Numbered from the stretch's first letter, positions 1 to 9,350 are shown. The stretch is 64,000 bases of DNA from an uncultured Spirochaetaceae bacterium (GCA_944389105.1 CALXLD010000001.1:1209-65208); one strand, 5' to 3'. Notes: a model not told the origin generated them from the sequence alone. Numbers and translations: made by a program.

Positions 1-2
1 GG

Positions 3-146
3 CAGTTTGCACCTGGTTCAATGCTCCCGAAGATCCAGGCTATTGTTGATTATGTAGATAGCACTGGAAAGCTTGGGATGATTACTGACCCAGAACATAT
101 TTCCGACGCGATGAAGGGGCTGAATGGGACGCGGATAGTACGCTGA
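3..146 (+). CDS. carbamate kinase-like protein, 3' fragment (gene begins left of the window)
   Basis: Frame +3 is open from the window edge to TGA at 144-146. The translation is QFAPGSMLPKIQAIVDYVDSTGKLGMITDPEHISDAMKGLNGTRIVR. This looks like the C-terminal end of carbamate kinase / amino-acid-kinase proteins (FAxGSMxPKxxA ... GT.I). It is absent from the ORF track because it has no start codon in the window. Confidence 0.5.
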   Translation, partial: QFAPGSMLPKIQAIVDYVDSTGKLGMITDPEHISDAMKGLNGTRIVR

Positions 147-1386
147 CGGCATATTCAGCAGCATATGCAGCGATGGCGAATATGTAGTAGGTGAGATTAT
201 CTTCAATCATATAATCCATTAAGCATCCTTTGATTATGAGCATTGAAGAGACCAGAATGAGCATCAGGCGTGAAATGCGTCCGATGCTTTTTCTTCGCTC
301 TCTTCTTCCGCAGGAGGCAAAATGGAGTGCAGAAAGGATTAAGACAAAAGGTGAGATAATCAGTATATTCCAGTTGCCATATGTTACATCATGATTTGTC
401 GCCACCATCACAAAAAGGAGAATCAGTGATAGAATCCCCAGAAAGAACCATATGAACCCATCTATGATATCAGAGATAACTCGGATGGTTTTCCGCTTTG
501 ATGCTGTAAGGAGTATCAGGAGGGAGAATGCAGCTGATATAGGAAGCGAGTGCAACACCAGACTATAGCTTTCAGGTGTATCCTCTCTGGTTCTGGTCTG
601 ATATAGCGTATCTGCGCTCACACCTTCAAACTCCTCTAGAGCCTTGAGAAGCACATCAGGAAGAAAGCATGCCTGATAAAGTGATATAGGTTCATCAATT
701 GATGGGCCCTGCAGATAATTCAGTATGAATGAGAAGAAAAGAGATCTGGACATATATTCAGTTGACCATGTCCTGAAGCTTTTTCCTGTATCTATGCTTT
801 CGGCCCATTTCCTGAACTCTCCACCCGTCGCGGCATTGTATATATCCCTGAGCCGTGTTGCGCAGTTGTCCTTGTAATAATGGTAAAGATATGTTTCGTT
901 TTCAGGGAGAACATTGTAGGAGAGGAAGCCGATTACGGCTTTCTTTGCTTCAGGGGTAAGCTGGAGTTCTATGCGCCTGATTGTTCTGTCAGCGTTTATG
1001 AAATCATCATATCGCCATGATGCATAGCTTTCTATCACGCTGTAATAAAGACGTCCATAGACGAAATTCAGATAGAATCCATCGTTGAATCTGAAAGAAC
1101 CATAATCAAACATTACTTCAGGATCGTCAGGTGTATCCACGACAATGCCAGCATGCCCGAAATAGACATAGACCGGTTCTGCAGGGGAAGCTGTGACAAT
1201 GTATATATGTGTGTTTTCGTAGTATTCCTTCTCTTCGTTTTCAAGCGGCTTTGTAAAATCCACTTTACTGAGCTCCTCTTCGCTCCAGAAAAGATCTTCT
1301 CTTATCGGGATACCTCCGTTGAAGGAGGCCGCAGAGATCATCTGGACTGAAAAGACAATTAAGAGCAATGAAACAAGCTTGCGCAT
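82..1386 (-). CDS. DUF4105-like envelope protein (exported N-domain plus C-terminal multi-TM region)
   Basis: 434-aa ORF with signal peptide MRKLVSLLLIVFSVQMISA. It carries YVYFGHAGIVVD and FDYGSFRFNDGFYLNF motifs typical of the DUF4105 / Lnb N-terminal domain. The C-terminal third is hydrophobic, with several TM helices. Confidence 0.7.
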   Translation of the reverse strand: MRKLVSLLLIVFSVQMISAASFNGGIPIREDLFWSEEELSKVDFTKPLENEEKEYYENTHIYIVTASPAEPVYVYFGHAGIVVDTPDDPEVMFDYGSFRFNDGFYLNFVYGRLYYSVIESYASWRYDDFINADRTIRRIELQLTPEAKKAVIGFLSYNVLPENETYLYHYYKDNCATRLRDIYNAATGGEFRKWAESIDTGKSFRTWSTEYMSRSLFFSFILNYLQGPSIDEPISLYQACFLPDVLLKALEEFEGVSADTLYQTRTREDTPESYSLVLHSLPISAAFSLLILLTASKRKTIRVISDIIDGFIWFFLGILSLILLFVMVATNHDVTYGNWNILIISPFVLILSALHFASCGRRERRKSIGRISRLMLILVSSMLIIKGCLMDYMIEDNLTYYIFAIAAYAAEYAVSVLSASHSAPSSRRKYVLGQ

Positions 1387-1521
1387 GTGACGATGATAGC
1401 ATTATCGAAAATGTTATAAAAGCTTCCGCATATAATGCCTCTTCTAAGAAGAACAAACCCTCTGGGCAGTCAGGGAAGACTTCAGGTTTAGCTAGAGGTT
1501 TTTTCCACATTATGCGATTTG

Positions 1522-1550
1522 TTGACTTCTTATTTCACACTTCCTATTCT
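1522..1550 (+). promoter_or_regulatory. putative sigma70 promoter of recO (TTGACT-17 nt-TATTCT)
   Basis: TTGACT lies at 1522-1527, followed by a 17-nt spacer and TATTCT at 1545-1550. The recO ATG at 1557 is 7 nt after the -10 element, with no SD between them. Confidence 0.35.
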
Positions 1551-1556
1551 CTTGGT

Positions 1557-2285
1557 ATGGAAAGAGAGAGCAAGGGACTTGCAATAGTAATAAGAAGCAC
1601 GAAAATACGGGAACGTGACAGACTCCTGACTCTCTTTTCTCCATCTCTGGGGATTATCAACGTTCTGTCCTATGGAGCAAGAAAGAGTATCCGGTGTGTA
1701 AAAGCTCCTCTTTATACAGAAGGCAATTTCTCCTTGGAAAAGGGAAGAAGCGGAATAGTTTTAAAGGATATAGATGTAATTTCTACGCACGATGCCATTT
1801 CCGAGGATCTGGATAAATCACAGGCAGCTATGCTTTTTTCTGATCTTGTCCTGACCAGCCGCAGTGCAGAGCCTGAGCTCTATGCGCTTTTTGCTTCCGC
1901 CCTTGATGCTTTGGAAGACGAGAGTTTCGAGAAAGTGACAGTGGAATTCATCGTGCATTTCCTTTCTTTTGAGGGACTTTCCGGAGATTTTTCAATCTGC
2001 CCTGTCTGCGGCAGGGCCTATGGAGAAAAGGAAGTGCTTGGGTTTTCTTCTTCTGAGGGTGTTCCCGTCTGCCATGACTGTGATACTATGGACGGTGCGC
2101 TGCTTCTGCCTCCGAATGCCAGAGCATATCTTAAGCGGTCTTTGGAACTCAGTTTTTCAGATTCCCTTTCTCTGGTTGTCTCTGATGAGCAGGAGCATAG
2201 GATATTCAGATACCTTCTCAGAACGCTTCCTTTTTCTTTTCCGGGAAAACTGAAAAGCCTTGAATATGGTATCTGGAAGATTTAG
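1557..2285 (+). CDS. recO: DNA repair protein RecO
   Basis: The N-terminus MERESKGLAIVIRSTKIRERDRLLTLFSPSLGIINVLSYGARK is an OB-fold-type RecO start. A Cys cluster CPVCG...CHDC matches the RecO zinc motif. The ORF-track start at 1368 overlaps the divergent gene and adds a non-RecO-like extension, so I moved the start to ATG 1557. Confidence 0.85.
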   Translation: MERESKGLAIVIRSTKIRERDRLLTLFSPSLGIINVLSYGARKSIRCVKAPLYTEGNFSLEKGRSGIVLKDIDVISTHDAISEDLDKSQAAMLFSDLVLTSRSAEPELYALFASALDALEDESFEKVTVEFIVHFLSFEGLSGDFSICPVCGRAYGEKEVLGFSSSEGVPVCHDCDTMDGALLLPPNARAYLKRSLELSFSDSLSLVVSDEQEHRIFRYLLRTLPFSFPGKLKSLEYGIWKI

Positions 2286-2293
2286 GGGATGAT

Positions 2294-4420
2294 ATGGATA
2301 TAAAGATACCAGTGTCCGATCCTGGAAAGGTGCGGGCATTGAAGGATCGTTTTTCGCTTGACCTTCTTTCTGCCACCATTCTTGAAAGAAGAGGACTGGA
2401 AAAAGCGGAAGATGCTCTTTACTACCTTGAAACTGATACTGTCTATCAGCATTCACCGCTTGAATGTGATGATGTCCATACTGCTATTGAAAGGATAAAT
2501 GAAGCTATAGAGGAAGAAGAGAGAATCCTGATATTCGGAGACAGGGATGTTGATGGCGTCACAGGTTCTGCGATTCTGTATCGTGGCCTGAAGAAGCTTG
2601 GCGCGAAGAATCTTTCGGTAAGACTTCCGGAAGGGGATGAGCCTTACGGGCTTACATCTTCTCTGGTTGAAGAGATTCTTGAAAAGGAGTTCTCCCTTCT
2701 GATTACAGTCGATAACGGGATATCTGCAAAGGAAGAGATCAGGACACTCCAGAAAAGCGGGGTGGATGTGATTGTTCTTGATCATCATATTCCTCCGGAG
2801 GATCTTCCGGGAGCTGTTGCGGTTTTCGATCCTAAAGTAGCTGGCTCAGGCTATGGCTTTTCAAGCCTCGCAGGCTGTGCTGTTGCGGCGAAGATGGTCT
2901 GGGCATTGGCATTTTCAAGAACACCTCTTTATGGCAGTGAGTGCATAGTGCTCCATGCAGAGCCTAGAAATGGCTCAATAAGAATCAATGCAGTCAGGCT
3001 TGAGAACCTCATCGAGATTGACAGGATTACAGAAGAGATAGCTGAGGGGGAAAAGCTTTCTTCTGCAAAGGACAGGCTTATGGAATTTCTTGCTGTGAAC
3101 CTTCCGATAATTGTTCTTGATGAGGATACGGAGAAGAAGATGCTCCGCCGCGCATTCGGCAATGGGGTTGATATAGCTCTTGTGGATATAAGGCAGAAAC
3201 TTGAGACCCTGATGCCCCGGACCCGCAACCATTCGCTTTTTGATTTGTCCGTGATATCAAGAGCTGCGAAATACAGTGATGGAGATAAGGAGATTGAAAC
3301 TCTTGTTTCACTTTTCCGGTCCATATCAATTTATTCATATCCATTGCTTTCAAAAGATTATGATACTCTGATGCAGTTTGCTGCTATCGGTACAATTGCT
3401 GATCTGATGCCTATGAAGGATGAAAACAGGCTCATTGTGAAAAGGGGACTCAGACTTCTTTCTGAAAAACCTGTTATGTGTCTGCAGTCCCTTCTCGGAA
3501 GGCAGAATCTCCGAGGAAAGAATATAAACACGCGGGATATTTCATTCTATGTGGCTCCGGTTATAAATGCGGCTGGGCGTCTAGGACATCCTATGGATGC
3601 TTTTTCCCTTCTTATATCAGAAGATGCCGCCGAAGCTGATGGACTTACTGAGAATCTTCTTTCAATGAATAGACAGCGTCAGGCAAATGAGGAGAATGCA
3701 TTATCACTTGTGAAGGATAAGGCAGCAGCCAGCTTTGAAAAACTCTGCGGGAAAGCTGTGGTTATTGAGGATAAGGCTATTCCAAGGGGGCTTACTGGTG
3801 CAATTGCCTCAAAGCTTTCAAAGGAATATGGAGGAGTACCTTCAATAGTTATGGCAACTGTTGAGAATGAACGGATATCTGGCTCTGTAAGATGTTCAGA
3901 TAAATATGATGCGAAAGCCTTTCTTTCGACATTTTCCAATTTCTTTGATGATTATGGCGGGCACAGGTGTGCAGCCGGTTTTTCCATGCCATATGAGAAT
4001 AAGGATAATCTGATTGAGATGATGGAGGCTGTGATACTAGCAATGGAAGAGGGGTTCGTTGCTTCTTCTGAAATTACAGTTGATGCCATGATTCCTCCGG
4101 AGTATATGACAACCGGGCTCTGGAGACTTTCTTCTTTGCTTGAACCATATGGACAGGAAAACGAGATCCTCCGGCTTTATCTGAAGGATGCTGTTATTAC
4201 CGATATATCTCCTTCAAAGCAGGATCAGCGCATGATGAGGTTCTCACTTCGCTATGGTACTTATGCATGGCCTGCACTTTGGTGGGAACCGCATGATAGG
4301 GAGAGTTTCAGAAAAGGCTCTCATGTAAATGTAGTTTTTTCGCCTGAAGTGAATTACTGGAAAGGCAGTGAGAAAGAACAGCTTCTTATTGTTGATATGG
4401 AAGTAATTGACAGAGATTGA
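2294..4420 (+). CDS. recJ: single-stranded-DNA-specific exonuclease RecJ
   Basis: DHH-family motifs are present: FGDRDVDGVTGSAIL, TVDNG and VLDHHIP. A DHHA1-like GGHRCAAGF motif and an OB-like C-terminal extension follow. The gene starts 9 nt after recO. Confidence 0.9.
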   Translation: MDIKIPVSDPGKVRALKDRFSLDLLSATILERRGLEKAEDALYYLETDTVYQHSPLECDDVHTAIERINEAIEEEERILIFGDRDVDGVTGSAILYRGLKKLGAKNLSVRLPEGDEPYGLTSSLVEEILEKEFSLLITVDNGISAKEEIRTLQKSGVDVIVLDHHIPPEDLPGAVAVFDPKVAGSGYGFSSLAGCAVAAKMVWALAFSRTPLYGSECIVLHAEPRNGSIRINAVRLENLIEIDRITEEIAEGEKLSSAKDRLMEFLAVNLPIIVLDEDTEKKMLRRAFGNGVDIALVDIRQKLETLMPRTRNHSLFDLSVISRAAKYSDGDKEIETLVSLFRSISIYSYPLLSKDYDTLMQFAAIGTIADLMPMKDENRLIVKRGLRLLSEKPVMCLQSLLGRQNLRGKNINTRDISFYVAPVINAAGRLGHPMDAFSLLISEDAAEADGLTENLLSMNRQRQANEENALSLVKDKAAASFEKLCGKAVVIEDKAIPRGLTGAIASKLSKEYGGVPSIVMATVENERISGSVRCSDKYDAKAFLSTFSNFFDDYGGHRCAAGFSMPYENKDNLIEMMEAVILAMEEGFVASSEITVDAMIPPEYMTTGLWRLSSLLEPYGQENEILRLYLKDAVITDISPSKQDQRMMRFSLRYGTYAWPALWWEPHDRESFRKGSHVNVVFSPEVNYWKGSEKEQLLIVDMEVIDRD

Positions 4421-4477
4421 ACAAAATGATAGTTTTCCGAAGGATTCTGACCCTGATGGGAGAGGAGGTGATTTAAT

Positions 4478-4687
4478 ATGGCATATGTAAAAGTAGATGA
4501 GAACGAACCACTTGAGAAATCTATTAAGCGTTTCAAGAGAATGGTCGAGAAAGAAGGTATCATTCGCGAGTGGAAGAAGCGTGAGTACTACGAGAAGCCC
4601 TCTACCATCCAGAACCGCAAGAACAAGGCTCTTGCGCGTAAGCAGATGAAGAAGGTCAGGAAGATGCATGCTTCCAAGTCATATTAA
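4478..4687 (+). CDS. rpsU: 30S ribosomal protein S21
   Basis: A 69-aa basic protein, [51 protein letters not shown] lies upstream. Confidence 0.95.
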   Translation: MAYVKVDENEPLEKSIKRFKRMVEKEGIIREWKKREYYEKPSTIQNRKNKALARKQMKKVRKMHASKSY

Positions 4688-4694
4688 TCACAAA

Positions 4695-4716
4695 GCCACC
4701 GGATGGTGGCTTTTTT
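4695..4716 (+). terminator. intrinsic terminator after rpsU
   Basis: GCCACC-GGAT-GGTGGC hairpin followed by TTTTTT. Confidence 0.8.
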
Positions 4717-4894
4717 CATAATTCACATTTAATTGTAAGCATTTATTATAGTTTTCTTTTCTTATTGGCAATGAAGGATTGCTATGTAGTAGCATTTACT
4801 ATTTTTGCAGAAAACATGAAATCTTTCGCAATTGAGATACTGTTAGAGATGTTTTTCCGTCATTTGTAAGTTACAATCAATTATGGAGGATCTG

Positions 4895-5305
4895 ATGAAA
4901 AAACTAGTTAAGTTGTTTCTTTTTGTGCTTGTCGTTTTGGCATTCATCTCCTGCAGTACCAGAATGCCATATCATGAAGCTGGACTTGTGGGTAATGTGA
5001 TTGAAAAAGATTATGAAGTTCTTGGTCCTGTCTCGGTTTCTGGTTCTAATCACAATGTACTGGGAATAATAGGTTGGGGGGGAATTGGTTATAACGATCT
5101 TCTGGAAAAAGCAAAGGAACTTTATCCTGAAACAGATGCAGTTATTAATATTACAGAAGATGTTAAATCCTTCAGTGTGTGGTTGTTCTATAACAGTTTT
5201 GGTATGGATCTTTCGGGGCTTGCAATAAAATATATTGATAATTTAGAAAACCATTCTGTAAATCTGAACGTTTCAATGGTCGATGAGCAAGCTACAGAAT
5301 TTTAG
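4895..5305 (+). CDS. putative lipoprotein
   Basis: MKKLVKLFLFVLVVLAFISCST carries a lipobox (AFISC). SD GGAGGA at 4885-4890 favours ATG 4895 over the ORF-track start at 4883. Confidence 0.7.
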   Translation: MKKLVKLFLFVLVVLAFISCSTRMPYHEAGLVGNVIEKDYEVLGPVSVSGSNHNVLGIIGWGGIGYNDLLEKAKELYPETDAVINITEDVKSFSVWLFYNSFGMDLSGLAIKYIDNLENHSVNLNVSMVDEQATEF

Positions 5306-5334
5306 ACAGAATGCCTGAAGTGTGACAAAAATAG

Positions 5335-5362
5335 AGGATTCTGGGGGTAACTTCAGAATCTT
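5335..5362 (+). terminator. weak stem-loop after the lipoprotein gene
   Basis: AGGATTCTG / CAGAATCTT forms 9 bp including one G-T, with a 10-nt loop. It is followed by a T-rich CTTCT run. This is not a canonical U-tract. Confidence 0.3.
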
Positions 5363-5401
5363 CTTCTATAATTAGGCAAAACATAAATATCGGAGGCGTT
5401 T

Positions 5402-6049
5402 ATGAAAAAGGTTCTTTCTTTACTTCTATGTCTGCTTCTTCTTTCTGGCTTGCTTTTTGCAGCGGAAGGCAGAATTGGTGTTACATTGGCGCCGCAATGG
5501 CTATGGAATACCGCAACAGAAGCTGATGATGGAGAGACGAATTTCCTTTTCATGGCAGAAGGTGCCAACTATTTCGGCAAAGAAGGTGGCTTCGGTGTTG
5601 AATATGGCTTAGGTGTGAATTTCCCAATCAATACATGGGCTGGAGATATTGTTAATGATGATCCTTCTGCATCATCAGCATTTGTATTCAAAGCGGGGCT
5701 AGGATACAAGTATGCATTCAATGATTTCTTCGGTCTTTCCGCAGGGCTTGGTATAATGGGAAATGTTAAATCATATTCAGAAGGCGGTTCCTGGGGTGGT
5801 ATAAATCTATCAGGAAAATCTACGGCTTTTGTAATGGATATGTATGGAAATATTGCCGCAGATATAACTCTTCTTGATTTCCTTGGAATCAATGTAGGTG
5901 TAATTGTCGGTGGTCCTGTTCTTTCTACTTTGACAACTACTGTTGGTGGATCAATTGGTGATTGGGGCGGTTCCCATACAGAAACGACAGATGTTGATAA
6001 CCAGGGAATCTTTGTTGCACCATTTGTTGGAGTTTCTTTTGTTTATTAA
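5402..6049 (+). CDS. putative outer-membrane beta-barrel protein
   Basis: Signal peptide MKKVLSLLLCLLLLSGLLFA. The sequence is Gly/aromatic-rich with alternating strands and ends in an aromatic terminus (GVSFVY). SD GGAGG lies upstream. Confidence 0.65.
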   Translation: MKKVLSLLLCLLLLSGLLFAAEGRIGVTLAPQWLWNTATEADDGETNFLFMAEGANYFGKEGGFGVEYGLGVNFPINTWAGDIVNDDPSASSAFVFKAGLGYKYAFNDFFGLSAGLGIMGNVKSYSEGGSWGGINLSGKSTAFVMDMYGNIAADITLLDFLGINVGVIVGGPVLSTLTTTVGGSIGDWGGSHTETTDVDNQGIFVAPFVGVSFVY

Positions 6050-6106
6050 GTAGATATCCGCTGATATCTGATTCAATTTCCCCATTCTCTCTGCTATCAT
6101 GCAGCT

Positions 6107-6838
6107 GTGTCTGATTTCTGGAAAACGAAATTCACTATAGGTGATGGCCTGGGAATGGGGAGTTATTCTCTCGGCCATTTTGCATGGCTTGCCCTGATGG
6201 CTGCCCTGATAATCCTTCTAGGACGGAAATACCGTATAGAAGATGGAAAAGGACAGAAGCGTATACGGTGGGCTGTTGCCGGCCTTATAATCCTTGATGA
6301 GCTTGCAAAGGACATTGTTACGCCTATTACAGGACAGTGGGAATGGGAGTTTCTGCCTCTGCATCTATGCTCGATTTCAGTTTTCGTTGTTCTTTTCCAT
6401 GCAATTACCGGAAACAGGTTTCTTGAAGAATATCTTTATGCCATTACGCTTCCTACAGCATGCATGGCGATGGTCTTCCCTGACTGGACAGGAAAGCTTC
6501 CATTTCTTAATTTCATGTGTTTTCATTCTTTTTCAATACATCTGCTGCTTGTGCTTTATCCTTGTCTTCTGCTTTTCGGCGGTTTTAAACCGTCCTGGAA
6601 GAACCTGAAATTTATAATTCCTGCTGTTTTGCTGGCTGCATTTGCAATGCATTTTGTAAACAATCTGCTTGAGACAAACTTCTTCTTTGTCAATGGAGGA
6701 GGCGATGGAGCCAATCCTCTTTCACTGCTGGAAGGGTATGTTGGCTGGTGGTATCTTCTAGCAATGCCTGTTATCGCGGCAATATGCTGGATCCCGATGT
6801 ACGTCTTGCCAAAAATGCACAACACTAAGAAAAGCTGA
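6107..6838 (+). CDS. integral membrane protein, YwaF / TIGR02206-like
   Basis: Multi-TM protein with the FLPLHLCSISVF motif I associate with the TIGR02206 family. The start is uncertain: GTG 6107 or ATG 6155. Confidence 0.6.
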   Translation: MSDFWKTKFTIGDGLGMGSYSLGHFAWLALMAALIILLGRKYRIEDGKGQKRIRWAVAGLIILDELAKDIVTPITGQWEWEFLPLHLCSISVFVVLFHAITGNRFLEEYLYAITLPTACMAMVFPDWTGKLPFLNFMCFHSFSIHLLLVLYPCLLLFGGFKPSWKNLKFIIPAVLLAAFAMHFVNNLLETNFFFVNGGGDGANPLSLLEGYVGWWYLLAMPVIAAICWIPMYVLPKMHNTKKS

Positions 6839-6876
6839 ATATATTTTGTAGATTACGTCAGAAAGTCCTATTTGAT

Positions 6877-6905
6877 TTGACAGCTACCGCAACCCATGTG
6901 ATACT
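6877..6905 (+). promoter_or_regulatory. putative sigma70 promoter of serA-serC-asnC (TTGACA-17 nt-GATACT, TG-extended)
   Basis: TTGACA at 6877-6882 and GATACT at 6900-6905, preceded by TGT. The same -35/-10 pair recurs at 40424-40452. Confidence 0.45.
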
Positions 6906-6935
6906 GATTTCGTAAAACATTAAAAAGGAGTGCCT

Positions 6936-7817
6936 ATGCTGATTCTTATCTCCGATGCATTTGACAAGAGCCTTCCTGATAAGCTCTCCGTTTACGGTGA
7001 AGTCACCGACGATAAGTCGAGACTTGGCGAAGCTGATGTTGTCCTGATCCGTTCCAAAACGAAGGCCACGAAGGAATATATTGATTCCGCTCCTAATCTC
7101 AAGTTGATAATCCGCGGTGGTGTCGGTATGGATAACATCGACAAAGCCTACTGCAAAGAAAAGGGAATAATAGCTGTAAATACCCCGAAATCATCGGCAA
7201 TTGCTGTTGCTGAGCTTGCTTTTGCCCTGATGATCTCAGTCCCCTGCCATATTCCGTTCTATGATGGAACAATGAAGAAAGGGGAGTGGCAGAAGAGCGT
7301 CAAGCGTACAGAACTCTATGGAAAGACCCTCTGTCTTCTTGGAATGGGAAATATTGCAAGGAAGGTTGCGGAGAGGGCTAAGGCTTTCGGTATGAAAGTT
7401 GTTGCATATGATAAGTATGTTGAGACCTCTGATCTTGCAGAGATGAAGGGACTGGAAGAGGCTGTTAAAGATGCAGATTATATTTCAATGCATCTTCCAT
7501 TCACACCAGAGACGGACAAAATGGTGAATGCCTCACTGATTTCAAAAATGGAAAAGCATCCTGTGATAATCAACACAGGAAGAGGCAAATGCGTTGACGA
7601 AGGTGATGTCGCTGCGGCGCTTAAGAGCGGAGATCTTTCCTGGTTCTGCACAGACGTATACTCATCGGAACCGCCAGATGCTTCAAATCCGCTTTTCGGA
7701 TGTGAGAATGTTACATTTACTCCGCATGTAGGAGCAAATACAACGGAGAATCTTCTCAGGATAGGAGAAGAGGTTTTTGAGACTATCGGGAAACTCAAGG
7801 AGGAAGGAAAGATATGA
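6936..7817 (+). CDS. serA: D-3-phosphoglycerate dehydrogenase (short form, D-2-hydroxyacid dehydrogenase family)
   Basis: NAD-binding motif GMGNIARKVAERAKAFGM and D-isomer 2-hydroxyacid dehydrogenase signatures. The gene overlaps serC by 4 nt. SD AAAGGAG at 6923-6929 favours ATG 6936. Confidence 0.85.
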   Translation: MLILISDAFDKSLPDKLSVYGEVTDDKSRLGEADVVLIRSKTKATKEYIDSAPNLKLIIRGGVGMDNIDKAYCKEKGIIAVNTPKSSAIAVAELAFALMISVPCHIPFYDGTMKKGEWQKSVKRTELYGKTLCLLGMGNIARKVAERAKAFGMKVVAYDKYVETSDLAEMKGLEEAVKDADYISMHLPFTPETDKMVNASLISKMEKHPVIINTGRGKCVDEGDVAAALKSGDLSWFCTDVYSSEPPDASNPLFGCENVTFTPHVGANTTENLLRIGEEVFETIGKLKEEGKI

Positions 7818-8896
7818 GAAAGCTTAATTTTGCAGCTGGTCCATCTGTAATGCCGCTGGAAGTTCTTGAGGAAATCCAGAAGAATATCGTGGATTATCAT
7901 GGAAAAGGGCTTTCAATCATCGAAGCATCTCACAGAGGTGGAATGTTTGAGGAGATGTATGATGAATGTCTTGCGGATTTCCGCTCCATTCTCTCCATTC
8001 CAGATAATTACGATGTATATTTTCTAGGTGGCGGAGCAACGCTTCAGTTCACAATGATTCCTATGAATTTCCTCTTGCAGGGAAAACATGCGGATTATAC
8101 AAGAACTGGTTCCTGGTCAAATAAGGCAGCAGACGATGCTGCTAAGCTCGGAAATGTGAATATTCTTTTCGATGGAAAGGAAAGCGGCTATACAACGCTC
8201 CCTGATCCAGGAGAGATAAAGCCATCGGAAGGTTCTTGCTATTTCTACCTTTGTTCGAATGAGACGATCGGCGGTATTGAATGGCAGGATTTCCCTGATA
8301 CCGGTGATGTTCCTCTTATTGCGGATATGTCTTCGGATATGCTTTCCCGGCCTGTTGATGTCTCCCGGTTCGCTATGATCTACGGCGGTGTCCAGAAGAA
8401 TCTGGGGCCGGCTGGTGCTGTATTCATAATCATGCGCCATGACATGCTTGATAAACGTAATGCTGGTCTGACTGCTTATATGGATTATGCAAAGCATGCA
8501 AAGGATAGGGGACTGTATAATACTCCTCCTGTATTCTCAATCTGGGCTGTTGGTCTTGTCCTGAAGTGGATTAAGAAGAATGGCGGCGTACAGGGAATGC
8601 AGGAAAGCGCTGCGGTCAAGTCTGGATACATTTATGAGGCCATTGACAGCTCTTCAGGATTCTATCGTTCGCCAGTTGATGCAAGGTATCGTTCAAAGAT
8701 GAATGTTGTATTCCGCTGCCCTACAGAGGAACTTGAAGCAAAGTTCCTTGCAGAAGCGCAGAAGGAAGGAATGATCGGTCTTAAAGGACATAGGTCAGTT
8801 GGTGGCCTTAGAGCAAGTCTTTACAATGCGCTTCCGATGGAAGATGCGGCATCGCTTGCTATGTTCATGAAGGAATTTGAGAGAAGGAATGGTTAA
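7814..8896 (+). CDS. serC: phosphoserine aminotransferase
   Basis: MRKLNFAAGPSVMPLEVLEEIQ, GKGLSIIEASHRG, and the typical SerC C-terminus GLKGHRSVGGLRASLYNA. Confidence 0.9.
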   Translation: MRKLNFAAGPSVMPLEVLEEIQKNIVDYHGKGLSIIEASHRGGMFEEMYDECLADFRSILSIPDNYDVYFLGGGATLQFTMIPMNFLLQGKHADYTRTGSWSNKAADDAAKLGNVNILFDGKESGYTTLPDPGEIKPSEGSCYFYLCSNETIGGIEWQDFPDTGDVPLIADMSSDMLSRPVDVSRFAMIYGGVQKNLGPAGAVFIIMRHDMLDKRNAGLTAYMDYAKHAKDRGLYNTPPVFSIWAVGLVLKWIKKNGGVQGMQESAAVKSGYIYEAIDSSSGFYRSPVDARYRSKMNVVFRCPTEELEAKFLAEAQKEGMIGLKGHRSVGGLRASLYNALPMEDAASLAMFMKEFERRNG

Positions 8897-9344
8897 AAAA
8901 CTCGATGAGACAAACAAAGCCATCATAAAGGCTCTCGGTGATGGACGCCGTCCATATTCTGCAGTTGCTGATGAGCTTGGAATAACGGAGAATACCGTAC
9001 GCTCAAGAGTCAACAGGATGATTGATGAAGGGGTTCTTCGGATTACTGCATTAGTCGATCCTTCGCTTATTCCAGGTGTCCAGGTCGTTGTGATGGGGGT
9101 TAAGCTTAAGACGATGGATCTTGAGAGAAAAGCCAGGGAATTCTCAGCTTTGAGAGGGGTTTTTTCCGCTTCCGTCGTCACTGGGCGGTATGATCTGATA
9201 GTTCAGCTTCAGCTATCTGAGGAAGAAGGGCTTTCGCTTCTTGATTTTTTCAAGTATGAGCTTGTTAAGGTGGCTGAGGTGCAGGAAGTTGAGACTTTTG
9301 TAGTGTACCAGTCTCATGAACTCTGGATTCCATATAGCATATGA
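8889..9344 (+). CDS. Lrp/AsnC family transcriptional regulator
   Basis: The HTH LDETNKAIIKALGDGRRPYSAVADELGITENTVRSRVNRM is followed by an RAM/ACT-like C-terminal domain. Start ATG 8889 overlaps the end of serC. Confidence 0.8.
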   Translation: MVKKLDETNKAIIKALGDGRRPYSAVADELGITENTVRSRVNRMIDEGVLRITALVDPSLIPGVQVVVMGVKLKTMDLERKAREFSALRGVFSASVVTGRYDLIVQLQLSEEEGLSLLDFFKYELVKVAEVQEVETFVVYQSHELWIPYSI

Positions 9345-9350
9345 GATCCT

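Noticed and set aside
18-206. 62-aa minus-strand ORF at the left edge
   Set aside because: It lies inside the overlap of the better-supported carbamate-kinase-like 3' end (plus strand) and the DUF4105 gene tail. It has no motifs and no RBS.
1368-1556. Longer recO start at 1368
   Set aside because: It overlaps the divergent DUF4105 gene start and encodes a non-RecO-like low-complexity peptide. The promoter-like TTGACT/TATTCT pair lies inside it.
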